In this document: piece after piece, positions 1 to 9,759 of the stretch
Layout of the letters: each line of letters starts with the position of its first letter
How positions within the stretch are numbered: the first letter of the stretch is position 1
DNA from: Halomicronema hongdechloris C2206
Lineage (GTDB): Bacteria; Cyanobacteriota; Cyanobacteriia; Phormidesmidales; Phormidesmidaceae
NCBI RefSeq assembly: GCF_002075285.3
Contig: NZ_CP021983.2
Location: 3,180,001 to 3,212,000 of the forward strand
Length of the DNA stretch: 32,000 bases
Reading direction: 5' to 3'
Program-made: the position numbers and the translations under genes
Notes under the pieces: generated by a model
Databases searched by the model: none
Told to the model about the DNA's origin: nothing
What the model saw: the letters and a program-made list of their open reading frames with translations, nothing else

Positions 1-104
1 CCTGACTTAAAAGATCGTGGCTTCATAGACGACGGTACTTGGCTTGAGAACTACGGTCTCAGGCCACCACTCGCTGACACTGCCACCTAAACGCCTCCTG
101 CCAC

Positions 105-1214
105 TTACTTGTCAGTCCCATAGCGAGCCAAAATGTCTCGGAACCAGGCTTCAAAGCGATTCCCTAGGGCCGAGAGGGAGTATTCGGCCTCGGCTTGCTG
201 GCGACAGGCACGGCGATCGAGCTGATCAAGACGTGCGATCGCATCCACCAAGCCAGCCACGTGATCTGGCTCCACCAGCCACCCCGTCTTGCCCTGCTGC
301 ACGATCTCGGCCGGACCGCCACGGCGATAGGCAATCACCGGCACCCCACAGGCCAATGCTTCAATGGCGACATTACCGAAGGCTTCCAGCCAACGCGGGG
401 TCATCAGCAAGGCCCGACACCGCCGCACTACTGCCTGCAGCTGGTGGGTAGGCAAAAACCCCAAGTACTCTATGGGAGCCTGGGGATAGCGTTGGCAAAT
501 ATGATCCCAGTAGGCCTGGTCTTCTAACTTACCCAAAATCTTCAGGGGCATTTGACTCTGGGCTGCCGCCGCCACCGCATCCTCCAAGCCCTTCTCCGGA
601 GAAATACGGCCTAACCAGACTAACTCTGGCCCCGGATTGCCGCAAAATTCATAGCAAGTCAGATCAACGGCGCTGCTAAGACAGCGAAACTGATCTGGCT
701 GCGGGAAAGTAGCTGCTTGGGTGCGAGTATAAACACCAAGGGTACCAGGAAATCGCTCCCCCACCGTGGTAACTGCTGCTGCCATAGCATCACTGAGACA
801 TCCCATACTGACAAAATGGGCAATGGGACGCCGGAAAAAGGGGGTCAAATAGAAGGGCAACCAATCGTAGGCCAAATTCACCAATAGATCATAGTCAGCT
901 TGCACCTGACGGCCATAGTCCCACATGGCTGCCAGCACTGAGTCTGGGGGCAAGACGATCGGCACCTGCGGTCCCTGGGTGTGGGCCGTCGGCTGCCAGG
1001 TCCCCGGCACCTGCTCAATGGCCATAGCTCCCAGAGTGGATCCCTCCGGGGCTACCAATCGCAACGTGTGCCCTCGCCGAGCCAGCTCTTGGCTGAGAAC
1101 GTTCAAGGTCAATTCCACCCCACCGCCTAACCCAGAGCCCAACGGACCGACGGGAGTCGATAGTAATAGCAATCGTAGCGGTGCCCTTGCCATGGAATCG
1201 GTATCTTTTTCCAT
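105..1214 (-). CDS. GT-B glycosyltransferase, family 4 (cyanobacterial ~360-aa type, often annotated as UDP-glucose:tetrahydrobiopterin glucosyltransferase-like)
   Basis: 369-aa ORF. The N-terminus LLLLSTPVGPLGSGLGGGVELT and the C-terminal EAFGNVAIEALACGVPVIAYRRGGPAEIV (E-x7-E region) are typical of GT4. Its start lies 8 nt after the stop of the upstream same-strand gene. Confidence 0.75.
   Translation of the reverse strand: MEKDTDSMARAPLRLLLLSTPVGPLGSGLGGGVELTLNVLSQELARRGHTLRLVAPEGSTLGAMAIEQVPGTWQPTAHTQGPQVPIVLPPDSVLAAMWDYGRQVQADYDLLVNLAYDWLPFYLTPFFRRPIAHFVSMGCLSDAMAAAVTTVGERFPGTLGVYTRTQAATFPQPDQFRCLSSAVDLTCYEFCGNPGPELVWLGRISPEKGLEDAVAAAAQSQMPLKILGKLEDQAYWDHICQRYPQAPIEYLGFLPTHQLQAVVRRCRALLMTPRWLEAFGNVAIEALACGVPVIAYRRGGPAEIVQQGKTGWLVEPDHVAGLVDAIARLDQLDRRACRQQAEAEYSLSALGNRFEAWFRDILARYGTDK
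235..242. repeat. HIP1 octamer GCGATCGC (first of at least 12 copies in the window)
   Basis: Hand-located copies at 235, 4376, 12616, 14041, 19083, 23069, 23116, 25416, 27637, 30675 and 31571 (start positions), plus this one. Fewer than one copy is expected by chance for an 8-mer in 32 kb. Confidence 0.9.
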
Positions 1215-1222
1215 TGGCTGCC

Positions 1223-2602
1223 CTAGGATGGAGTAGGATGCTCAGATTCATCCTCTACTGCTTGCAATTGTTCCGTCGGCTGAGGAGTACTGCCGAGAGT
1301 GAGGGTAGAATCAACTCCTGCTAGCTGGCGAATCCGCCCTAATTGCTCTAAGGCCCACCGAGCCGTATCTTTTACCTCAGCATCACTATCTTCAGCGACC
1401 ACATGGCTTAGCATCTGACTGGCCTGCCCCATTAAGTCGTAAATCCGGGTCAGATCCCGAATGGCATTTTGACGGACTTCGGCATTGGGATCCTGTAGGG
1501 CCATAGCCAGAGCTCGATTCATCGGCTTCAGCGAGCGGGTACTAACCTCCGTCAGAGCAGCTAGGATCAAGCTGCGCTCCTTCGAATCAGCATCTAGCAT
1601 CAAATTCACTAGGGGTTGAATCGCAGTAGAGTTTCCCCGCTGCCCCAGTTCCCAAATGGCTCGTCGGCGCTTAGCTGCATCAGGGCTGGCTAGCTCTTCG
1701 ATTAATTCATTGACAATATTAACCCGACTCATGCGAGGCGACGCATCAGCCAGCAGGGTTTTGGGGTTTGCTGCTGCCCCATTTTGTCCCTGGAGGCTGG
1801 GCTCAGTAGTTCCGTTACCCGCAGCGGCAGCAGCACTGGGTAACTGGTTGACCGAGGTGTCGGCTTTGGCCTTCGTTGCTGGCGCTGAAAGCTTTTGAGG
1901 TCGTCGCAAGAATAGGACCAGCAGGATGCCACCACTGACGATAATCAGCAGGGCTAGCAATCCCAGCATCAGCCAGGTAAAGGGATTACCGTTCTCTGCG
2001 GCAGGAGCAGCCTCGGCCTCCTCTGCAGCCAAGGGCGCTTCTGCAGTTTCTGATTCTGATTCGGTTTCCGATTCGGTAGAGGTCGTGGGGGCAGGAGCCT
2101 CTGTCGCCGGGGGAGAGGTCTCTTCAGGCGGTGCAGTGTCAGTGGGGGTGTCTGCAGCTGGCGGCGATGCAGTCGATTCGTCCCCAGACGGTAACTCCGT
2201 CGATGGCACGAATTGAGGAGATTGAATCCGTTGCCAGGTCAGTTGGTCTAAGACGCCGGTAGGAGACACCCCAATCTCTCGCTGAAAGTCAGCGACGGCT
2301 TCTTGGGTTGCCGGTCCATAGATCCCATCGACGGCATCACTGTAAAACCCCAACCGCTGTAGTTGCAGTTGTAAGAGCATCACCTCATTGCCCTTCATTC
2401 CGGGAGCCAGCAAAATTCCCTCGGGTGATGCCGGGGCGTTTGGATTGGCTGTTGGCTCAGTGGGAGATGCCTGGGCTAACTCGTATGCCGATGCGACTGT
2501 TGCATCAGTATTGATGGCTAGGGAGGCATTGGCAATCCCTTCAGGCAGACTCCCAAAAACAGCCAGACAAATTGTGGCGAGTAGAGTCGAACGTTGGACC
2601 AT
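1223..2602 (-). CDS. Bitopic membrane protein: signal peptide, PG_binding_1 domain, acidic/Pro-rich linker, one TM helix, cytoplasmic HEAT (PBS-lyase type) repeats
   Basis: 459-aa ORF. Hydrophobic N-terminus STLLATICLAVFGSL. PG-binding motif LQLQRLGFYSDAVDGIYGPATQEAVADFQ. Low-complexity STESETESESET linker. TM segment FTWLMLGLLALLIIVSGGILLVLFL followed by RRPQK. HEAT-like repeats AAKRRRAIWELGQRGNSTAIQPLV, DPNAEVRQNAIRDL and DSDAEVKDTARWALEQLG. Confidence 0.8.
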   Translation of the reverse strand: MVQRSTLLATICLAVFGSLPEGIANASLAINTDATVASAYELAQASPTEPTANPNAPASPEGILLAPGMKGNEVMLLQLQLQRLGFYSDAVDGIYGPATQEAVADFQREIGVSPTGVLDQLTWQRIQSPQFVPSTELPSGDESTASPPAADTPTDTAPPEETSPPATEAPAPTTSTESETESESETAEAPLAAEEAEAAPAAENGNPFTWLMLGLLALLIIVSGGILLVLFLRRPQKLSAPATKAKADTSVNQLPSAAAAAGNGTTEPSLQGQNGAAANPKTLLADASPRMSRVNIVNELIEELASPDAAKRRRAIWELGQRGNSTAIQPLVNLMLDADSKERSLILAALTEVSTRSLKPMNRALAMALQDPNAEVRQNAIRDLTRIYDLMGQASQMLSHVVAEDSDAEVKDTARWALEQLGRIRQLAGVDSTLTLGSTPQPTEQLQAVEDESEHPTPS

Positions 2603-3025
2603 GCCTTGATTACCTTCCTTCCGCCTCCCAAAGCGTATGCACTGCTATTGCTATGCTACGCACTGACATCATGGGCTGCCCACCTGAGATTTTACTGATG
2701 TTTGCCGGACTCGGAGAGGCATTGCGATATTGCACAACACCTGCCATATCCTGGCATACCTATGGTTCGGCTAGCAGCTTAGGCGGCCATCACCAGGGGC
2801 TGGCCCCTTAACTAGGCTGACCACTGAGCAGATGTCAAGACAACGCCCGATTGTTCTGTCAGCTACGGCATCTCAGCTTAACTTAACTCAAAGCGGTAAG
2901 ACACTCCAGGGATTGGCATGACGAATCTAGAAGTCAGGGGGGAACCTCATGGTGCCTTTAAGCACGTGAAGAAGCTATGAATTGCAACAGAGGCTAGAAA
3001 CATTGAGCAGGCAGCTGTTTCTGCG

Positions 3026-4087
3026 TCACCTGCCGGATTTGAGGGAGGAGGTTTCGCTAGGGTCAGAGTCCAGGGACACTGGCTCGGCCAAGGGCTCTAT
3101 GGGAGGCTCTAGCCATTGTCGTATCCACTGCAGCAAAGTCTCTCGCTGGTTGATCAGGTAAATACTCACTAGGGTCAGGCTGACACCGGTCCACTGCAGC
3201 CAACTCAAGACCTCTGCTAGGAACAGGTTGCTAAAGAGCAGGGCAAACACTGGCGTTAGAAAGGTGAGGGCACTCAGACTGGTGAGATTACCCTGGGCCG
3301 CCAAATAGAAAAACAGGCCATAGGCTAAGGCACTGCCAAACACAGTGGAGTAGAGAATTGCCATCCAACCAGACCAATCTAGGTATTGCCATTGGTCTGT
3401 CTCACTGAAGACGGACCAAGCTAGTAGCGGTAGTCCACCCAACACCATATGCCAGCCAGTGGCTACTACGGGGTCCGCATGTCGGGCCACGTAAGGGACC
3501 ATTACCGTTCCCACGGCCATGGATAGGGCTGCCAGTAACATCAACCATTCCCCATGGGTGAGGAAGGCTTGCACCGATAGCTGACCGATGGCGCCATCTA
3601 AGGTCGGAAAACGTCCCCCTAACCAAGTCCAGATCCATTCGTCGGGTAGCCCCAGCAGGCTGATTCCCAGGAGCCCTATTGTTAGCCCCAACCACCCCAG
3701 TAAACCGATGCGTTCAGCAAATAACCATCGGGCCAGCAAGGCTACGGCTAAGGGTTGGGAGTCGATCATCACCGAGCCCAGACCCGCCCCAGTGTGCACT
3801 AAACCCTGGGCCAGACATCCTTGAAATAAGCAGCCGTCAATAACAGCAAAGCCCAGTACCCAGCCCCAGGCTTGCCAAGACTTGGGTTGGGGACGCCCCA
3901 TCCAGCTCGCTGCCAACAACACTAAGACTCCGGCTGGCATTAGGCGTAGGGATGCCAGGAAAAGTGGGGTCGTCGTGGTAATGATTCCTTTCATCGCCAC
4001 CATGGCCGTGCCCCAGAGAAAAAATGGGGCGATTAAGGCAAGTCCCTTAATCGGGCGGGATGGTGTTGCAGTTGAATCCATGGGCAC
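3026..4087 (-). CDS. DMT superfamily transporter (EamA-type, about 10 TM)
   Basis: 353-aa very hydrophobic ORF with two EamA-like halves (IAPFFLWGTAMVAMK..., ...LGGLPLLAW...ALAYGLFFYL...). Confidence 0.85.
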   Translation of the reverse strand: MPMDSTATPSRPIKGLALIAPFFLWGTAMVAMKGIITTTTPLFLASLRLMPAGVLVLLAASWMGRPQPKSWQAWGWVLGFAVIDGCLFQGCLAQGLVHTGAGLGSVMIDSQPLAVALLARWLFAERIGLLGWLGLTIGLLGISLLGLPDEWIWTWLGGRFPTLDGAIGQLSVQAFLTHGEWLMLLAALSMAVGTVMVPYVARHADPVVATGWHMVLGGLPLLAWSVFSETDQWQYLDWSGWMAILYSTVFGSALAYGLFFYLAAQGNLTSLSALTFLTPVFALLFSNLFLAEVLSWLQWTGVSLTLVSIYLINQRETLLQWIRQWLEPPIEPLAEPVSLDSDPSETSSLKSGR

Positions 4088-4315
4088 AGTCCGATATTAA
4101 GGCTTTCCTAGGCTTATCTTAAGGAATGTTAATGGATCACACCATTGAGGGCGTCATAGGGCCAGTTTCATGAAGGTCTAAGAGCTGGGTACAATGGCTG
4201 TCATCCGCTGATGCAGGGCAGGGCTCTCAGGAGCACCTTGATAAATCGTCTGCCATGCCATCCGGTCAATGCTGTATGACTGCCTTGCTGTTATTTGTCC
4301 ATCGATACCTAGTCT

Positions 4316-5155
4316 ATGATTTGGCCATTTAAGCCGAGAGTCCGTAAGTCTATTGCTCGTATCGAGATTGCTGGTGCGATCGCAACCTCCATGCGCAAAC
4401 GGGTGCTCAAGGCCCTCAAAGAAGTAGAAGAGCGCAAATTTCCAGCTCTGTTGCTCCGCATCGATAGCCCCGGTGGTACCGTTGGCGACTCCCAAGAGAT
4501 CTACAGTGCACTTACGCGCCTGCGGAAAACGACCAAGATAGTTGCCAGCTTCGGCAATATTGCCGCCTCTGGGGGCGTTTACATTGGCATGGGAGCCGAA
4601 CATATTATGGCCAATCCCGGCACTATCACAGGCAGCATTGGCGTCATCCTTAGGGGCAACAACCTAGAACGCCTGCTAGACAAAGTTGGAGTCTCCTTCA
4701 AGGTTATTAAGTCAGGCCCCTACAAAGATATCCTGGCCTTCGACCGCGAACTAACCCCCTCGGAGAAGGTTATTCTGCAAGAGCTCATTGACGTCAGCTA
4801 TAGCCAGTTCGTCAAAACCATTGCAGAGGCTCGCAGCCTCAGCGAAGAGACCGTGAAGAGTTTCGCCGATGGCCGCATCTTTACTGGCGAACAAGCCCAG
4901 CATCTGGGTATTGTCGATCGCCTCGGTAGCGAATATGGCGCTCAGCGGTGGGCTGCTGAGTTAGCCGGCCTAGACCCCGACAAAGCCGCCTGCATCACCC
5001 TAGAAGATAGAAAACCCCTATGGACTCGCTTGATTCCAGGACGGCAAGAGAGTTTAGCCACACCACCCATTCTTAATCAAGTGCAATCTTCCCTAGACTG
5101 GCTAGACTTTGAATTGACGACCAGTGGTCTACCCCTATGGTTGTATCGACCCTAG
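4316..5155 (+). CDS. sppA: Signal peptide peptidase SppA, 36K type (peptidase S49)
   Basis: 279-aa ORF with S49 hallmarks: LLRIDSPGGTV, ASGGVYIGMGAEHIMANPGTITGSIGV, and KDILAFDRELTPSEK. Confidence 0.9.
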   Translation: MIWPFKPRVRKSIARIEIAGAIATSMRKRVLKALKEVEERKFPALLLRIDSPGGTVGDSQEIYSALTRLRKTTKIVASFGNIAASGGVYIGMGAEHIMANPGTITGSIGVILRGNNLERLLDKVGVSFKVIKSGPYKDILAFDRELTPSEKVILQELIDVSYSQFVKTIAEARSLSEETVKSFADGRIFTGEQAQHLGIVDRLGSEYGAQRWAAELAGLDPDKAACITLEDRKPLWTRLIPGRQESLATPPILNQVQSSLDWLDFELTTSGLPLWLYRP

Positions 5156-5427
5156 TCCCCTGCTTGAAAGCACCATGCCCTGACCAATGCGACCCAACCG
5201 TATAGCCTGCGATATTGGCTCCGATGCAGTCCAGCTTGGGGTGGGCATCTCCATTCAGTCAACTGTAATAACTACCGGGACTTGTCCAGGGGCGAATAGG
5301 CTCTCTGCTAGGATTAAGTCGAATAGATTCTAAGACGTAGTATTTCGGTCGGTACCCCTAATAGCGTTCCCTTGATAATCACCCCTGGACAATCATTCAT
5401 TGGTAAAAGCGAGTGGAGGAATTGAGT

Positions 5428-5832
5428 GTGGACTGGCAAGTTCGGGCGATTCGTGGAGCAATTACGGTTCCAGATAACACAGCCAAAGCAATTGGAGATG
5501 CCGTTCACGAACTCTTAGAGATCCTGGAAACCCGGAATCACCTTGACCCCAACTGCATCATTAGTGCCACCTTTTCAGTCACCCGCGATCTCGATGCAAT
5601 TTTTCCAGCCGCCGTTGCTAGACAGCGTCCTCACTGGGATAATGTGCCTCTACTCGATGTACAGCAGATGCATGTGGAAGGTAGCTTACCCCGCTGTATT
5701 CGCTTATTGATTCACGCGCAATTACCCGCGTTCCATGCCGAGGTACAGCACATCTACCTGCGAGGCGCCAAAGATCTGCGACCCGATTGGAGTATTTCCC
5801 CCATTACTCTCACACCCTCTAGTCGTGATTAA
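5428..5832 (+). CDS. aroH: Chorismate mutase, AroH class
   Basis: The N-terminus VRAIRGAITV plus LPRCIRLLIH match monofunctional AroH-type chorismate mutases. I chose the GTG at 5428 as start because GGAGGA (5415-5420) sits 7 nt upstream. The ORF track opens at 5413. Confidence 0.8.
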   Translation: MDWQVRAIRGAITVPDNTAKAIGDAVHELLEILETRNHLDPNCIISATFSVTRDLDAIFPAAVARQRPHWDNVPLLDVQQMHVEGSLPRCIRLLIHAQLPAFHAEVQHIYLRGAKDLRPDWSISPITLTPSSRD

Positions 5833-6095
5833 GTCCTTACAGCATTGCTCGCAAATCGAGTTTATGGAGCTACATCCATGGCTTTCACAGGGTAAGGTTT
5901 ATCTTGTGTGTCTTTAGCTGTAGCCACGATCTAAAACATCGGTGTAATCCACTCGGTGAAGCTTGCAAAAATGTTCACTCAAGTCAGCAATTCAGCAGCC
6001 TGAAACCAAGCAAGAACTGAGTGCTTACTGAGACCTGCCCCTGGCCTAGTCAACTCTTCCCGACTTGGCTATCTATCAAGGCTGAGCCGCTTCAG

Positions 6096-7001
6096 TTAAG
6101 ACTTCTTCTTAGACTGGCTGTGATGAAACCGAATCCCTAGAAACACATCATAGAGAAAACCAAAGAAATCCTTCCCTCGGAAAAGTCCTAAGGATTGAGG
6201 ACAACCCTTAGCATCCAGCAAAGGCTTCATGACCTCATAGGCTGGTTTGTACTTATACCAAGGAATAGAGGGCCAAAGATGATGGACTAAATGATAATTC
6301 TGACCCATGATCAACAGGTTCAGTACCCCACTGGGATAGACCCGAGCATTTTTCCAACGATCTCGCTCCTTGAAGGGGCGATGAGGCAAATAGTCAAAAA
6401 AGAGCCCCAAGGCAATCCCTACCACTAATGCCGGAGAAAACCAAAAATTAAATATATAAGCTAGAAAGTCAAATCGCCAGGCCGCAATCACCAGCACGAC
6501 TACGGCTAAGCGCCCCAGACACCACTCCCACAGTTCCCAGCGGCGCCAAAGGCGGCGTTGAAAGAAGTAAACTTCGTGATAGAAGAAACGAGCGGCAATC
6601 AGCCATAACGGTCCGCCCGTCGAAACAAAGTGGTCTGGATCATTCTCAGGGTCATTCACATGGACATGGTGCTGCATGTGCACCCGCGTGAACACTGGAA
6701 ATGAGAACCCTAGCAAGAGAGCACTGCCATGGCCTAAAGCCGCATTCAAGAATCGACTGCGATGGGCTGCATGGTGAGAAGCATCATGGATAACCGTGCC
6801 CGCTAGATGCAGCGACAGCACATTCATGAAGAAGACACACCAGCCAGGGAGATCCCAAAGGAAATAGCCAAGAGAGGAAACGGTTATCAGTCCTACGGCG
6901 CCTAGAAACATCAGCAGGTTGAGGCTTAATCCACCATCTGCCTTCAACAATTCCGAAGGGACTGCCTTGGAAATGGTCAGAGATTCGGCTGCCGCCGACA
7001 T
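6096..7001 (-). CDS. crtR: Beta-carotene hydroxylase CrtR (membrane di-iron desaturase/hydroxylase family)
   Basis: 301-aa ORF with three His boxes (HDASHHAAH, HMQHHVH, HLVHHLWPSIPWY) and TM segments. Size and motifs fit cyanobacterial CrtR. Confidence 0.75.
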   Translation of the reverse strand: MSAAAESLTISKAVPSELLKADGGLSLNLLMFLGAVGLITVSSLGYFLWDLPGWCVFFMNVLSLHLAGTVIHDASHHAAHRSRFLNAALGHGSALLLGFSFPVFTRVHMQHHVHVNDPENDPDHFVSTGGPLWLIAARFFYHEVYFFQRRLWRRWELWEWCLGRLAVVVLVIAAWRFDFLAYIFNFWFSPALVVGIALGLFFDYLPHRPFKERDRWKNARVYPSGVLNLLIMGQNYHLVHHLWPSIPWYKYKPAYEVMKPLLDAKGCPQSLGLFRGKDFFGFLYDVFLGIRFHHSQSKKKS

Positions 7002-7279
7002 TGTGCATTACTCCTACACACTAGTCTCCGGTAGTATACGCTACGATGCGAGATTAATAAAGTTTTGTGACGGCAGCTCAGGGGCTAACACCATCATCGC
7101 TCACCTTAGCGGATACCACGACCATAGAAGTGATGGGGCTATCCCCTAGGTTGAGGTGACCTCTAGAACCAGGAGCATCTCCAGGTCAAACAATCGTGTT
7201 ACTATCCCAGTTGCCTTGCATCGCGGCTAGCTTCCGCAATTTGGAATCTTCGTCATACCCCTCTTGCTATTGGACGCCT

Positions 7280-9067
7280 ATGCAACTGCGCAGTGCCCTC
7301 CGCCGAACCAAGATCGTAGCGACCATTGGTCCCGCTACCCAACATCCAGATGTCCTGCGTGCGTTAATTGAGGCGGGAGCTACTACGCTGCGACTGAATT
7401 TCTCCCACGGAGATCATGAGACTCACCAACGCAGCATCCGCTTGATCCGTCAGATCTCTTTTGAGCTAAATCAACCGGTCGGGATTTTGCAGGATTTACA
7501 AGGTCCTAAGATCCGTCTGGGGCAGTTTGAGCAGGGAGCCGTTCAAGTCAAGAAGGGGGAACCATTTGTCTTGACTAGCCGTCCCCTGACTGGCAATCAG
7601 CAGATTAGCTCAGTGACCTACGAGCCCCTAGTTCACGAAGTTCCCGTCGGCTCCACAATTCTCCTGGATGATGGCCGAGTAGAAATGGTAGTCAAAACCG
7701 TCGATCTAGAGCAGAAGGAACTTCACTGCCAGGTGATCGTGGGCGGCAAGCTATCTAACAGCAAAGGGGTCAATTTTCCAGGGGTCTATCTGTCCATCAA
7801 GGCATTGACAGAAAAGGATCGTCGCGACCTGATGTTTGGCCTGAACCAAGGAGTCGATTGGGTGGCTTTAAGCTTTGTCCGCAATCCCCAAGATGTCTTA
7901 GAGATCAAAGAGCTAATTGCCAACGCCAATAAGCGGGTGCCTGTCATTGTCAAAATCGAAAAACATGAAGCGATTGAGCAAATGGAGGCAATCTTGTCCC
8001 TAGCCGATGGTGTTATGGTAGCCCGGGGTGATTTGGGGGTAGAACTGCCGGCAGAGGAAGTTCCTATTTTGCAAAAGCGATTGATCTTGACGGCCAATCG
8101 CCTAGGGATTCCAGTAATCACAGCCACTCAGATGCTAGACAGTATGGTCAACAATCCCCGCCCTACTCGGGCTGAAGTATCTGATGTCGCCAATGCCATT
8201 CTAGATGGCACGGATGCAGTCATGCTCTCCAATGAGACAGCCGTGGGTAACTATCCCGTAGAGGCTGTAGCGACTATGGCTCGCATTGCCATGCGAGCGG
8301 AGCAAGAAAATTCCCGTCCTCCCATGGAAGAGGCGGCTGGTGCCCGTTCTATTCCCAATGCCATCAGCCAAGCCGTAGCCCGCATCGCTGCCCAATTAAA
8401 GGCCTCGGCAATCATGACGCTGACTAAAACGGGAGCAACGGCTCGAAATGTATCAAAATATCGGCCTCAAACTCCGATTTTGGCCGTTACTCCCCATGTA
8501 GAAGTTGCCCGTCAACTGCAAGTGGTATGGGGAGTGCGACCACTGTTAGTGCTTGACCTACCCTCGACAACCCAGACCTTTCACTCAGCCATGAATGTGG
8601 CTCAGGAAAAGGGACTATTGCAAGAAGGCGGCTTGGTTGTAATGACAGCGGGCACATTACAGGGTGTCTCCGGATCCACCGATTTAATCAAGGTAGATGT
8701 GGTGACGGCAGTGCTGGGACGAGGAACTGGTATCGGTGAGGGCTCGATCAGTGGTCGGGCTCGGGTTGCCCACAGCGGCTTAGAGGTGAGCCACTTTAAC
8801 CCGGGCGAGATTTTGGTTGTCCCTCGCACAAGTGCCGACTTCGTCGATGCTATCCGCCGGGCCGGTGGTATTATCACCGAAGACGATAGTCTGACAGGCC
8901 ATGCCGCAGTGATTGGTCTGCGATTGGGAGTCCCTGTCATTGTTGGTGTTGAAAATGCTACAGAAATTATTAGGGACGGCACTATTCTGACCTTGGATAC
9001 CCGGCGGGGTCTAGTCTACTCTGGTGCCTTCGGGCCAGTTAAGCATGAACCAGTGACGACTCTGTGA
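7280..9067 (+). CDS. pyk: Pyruvate kinase with C-terminal PEP-utilizer mobile domain
   Basis: TKIVATIGPAT, RLNFSHG, MVARGDLGVELP and SNETAVGNYP motifs. C-terminal GGIITEDDSLTGHAAVIGLRLGVPVIVG. The ATG at 7280 (MQLRSALRRTKIV...) is the likely start. The 28 codons from 7196 look like a spurious extension. Confidence 0.93.
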   Translation: MQLRSALRRTKIVATIGPATQHPDVLRALIEAGATTLRLNFSHGDHETHQRSIRLIRQISFELNQPVGILQDLQGPKIRLGQFEQGAVQVKKGEPFVLTSRPLTGNQQISSVTYEPLVHEVPVGSTILLDDGRVEMVVKTVDLEQKELHCQVIVGGKLSNSKGVNFPGVYLSIKALTEKDRRDLMFGLNQGVDWVALSFVRNPQDVLEIKELIANANKRVPVIVKIEKHEAIEQMEAILSLADGVMVARGDLGVELPAEEVPILQKRLILTANRLGIPVITATQMLDSMVNNPRPTRAEVSDVANAILDGTDAVMLSNETAVGNYPVEAVATMARIAMRAEQENSRPPMEEAAGARSIPNAISQAVARIAAQLKASAIMTLTKTGATARNVSKYRPQTPILAVTPHVEVARQLQVVWGVRPLLVLDLPSTTQTFHSAMNVAQEKGLLQEGGLVVMTAGTLQGVSGSTDLIKVDVVTAVLGRGTGIGEGSISGRARVAHSGLEVSHFNPGEILVVPRTSADFVDAIRRAGGIITEDDSLTGHAAVIGLRLGVPVIVGVENATEIIRDGTILTLDTRRGLVYSGAFGPVKHEPVTTL

Positions 9068-9107
9068 AGAAAGTGGCTAGCTCAATTGCTAGGTCTAGGG
9101 AGAGACT

Positions 9108-9155
9108 AATTGGTTTGCCATCGCCTCGGGCTTTTTGGCGGTGGCCAAACCAATT
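9108..9155. terminator. Long stem-loop between convergent genes (possible bidirectional terminator or mRNA-stabilising hairpin)
   Basis: AATTGGTTTGCCATCGCC (9108-9125) pairs with GGCGGTGGCCAAACCAATT (9137-9155). That gives 18 bp with one bulged C and one G-U pair, and an 11-nt loop TCGGGCTTTTT. No U-tract follows on either strand. Confidence 0.45.
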
Positions 9156-9273
9156 CTGTAAAGCATGACAACACAGCCTGTTTCCTCGCCCCCTATCCTT
9201 TTGGCAGCTCAACGCTGTATCGGTTGAGCATTTCAGTAAGTCCAATATCAGCATAGCCTGTCAGGGAGGCTGC

Positions 9274-9759
9274 CTAGCTACCCACAAGCCCCATGTCATC
9301 TGATCCTTGCTGTTGCCACGCTCGGATAGCAGCTTGAGTAAAGGGTCCTTCAATGCCGTCAATCGCTCCTTGATAAAATCCTAGGCGTTGCAGATAGGCT
9401 TGTAGGGCCTTAGTGCGGTTTTGCAGATTGCTCCAGAGGGTATCTATCCAGGTTTGGCTAATGGCCCGCCGTAATTTACCCTGTTGTTGAGCGATAAAGG
9501 CTTCATCAATGAGCCCGAGTTGGTGAGCTATAAAGTGATCCGCTTCGTCAATCCAAAAACTCAACAGGGGATCGCGGGTTGCTTGCGCCAAAATATTGGC
9601 CAGGTAATCTTCGTCGGCTGCCGATAAGGTTGGTTGCATCGCTAGGTAACAATACTCCTGCAGGGTAGTAGTGTAGCGAGTGGATGCCTGTATCAACTGG
9701 CCGACAAAGTCCTGAGAGTCAAAGGATGTCATGGTGGCTGGTTCAGTAATGTCGTTCAT
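9274..9759 (-). CDS. Hypothetical protein with C-terminal PG_binding_1-like motif and no signal peptide or TM segment
   Basis: 161-aa ORF. The C-terminal LQAYLQRLGFYQGAIDGIEGPFTQAAIRAWQQ matches the peptidoglycan-binding repeat. The N-terminus is acidic and polar (MNDITEPATMTSFDSQDF). Confidence 0.6.
   Translation of the reverse strand: MNDITEPATMTSFDSQDFVGQLIQASTRYTTTLQEYCYLAMQPTLSAADEDYLANILAQATRDPLLSFWIDEADHFIAHQLGLIDEAFIAQQQGKLRRAISQTWIDTLWSNLQNRTKALQAYLQRLGFYQGAIDGIEGPFTQAAIRAWQQQGSDDMGLVGS

Noticed and set aside
44-527. Plus-strand ORFs (135 aa and 110 aa) at the window start
   Set aside because: They are antisense to the GT4 glycosyltransferase, with Pro/Arg-rich low-complexity translations.
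4178-4603. 141-aa minus-strand ORF overlapping the sppA start
   Set aside because: It overlaps a confident S49 peptidase gene on the opposite strand and has no motifs or RBS.
7196-7279. 28-codon N-terminal extension of pyk
   Set aside because: Pyruvate kinases begin close to the TKIVATIGP motif. The internal ATG at 7280 gives the canonical N-terminus.
8602-8982. 126-aa minus-strand ORF inside pyk, together with the ORFs at 7786-8127 and 8201-8395
   Set aside because: These are antisense shadow ORFs of a confidently identified pyruvate kinase, with no recognisable motifs.
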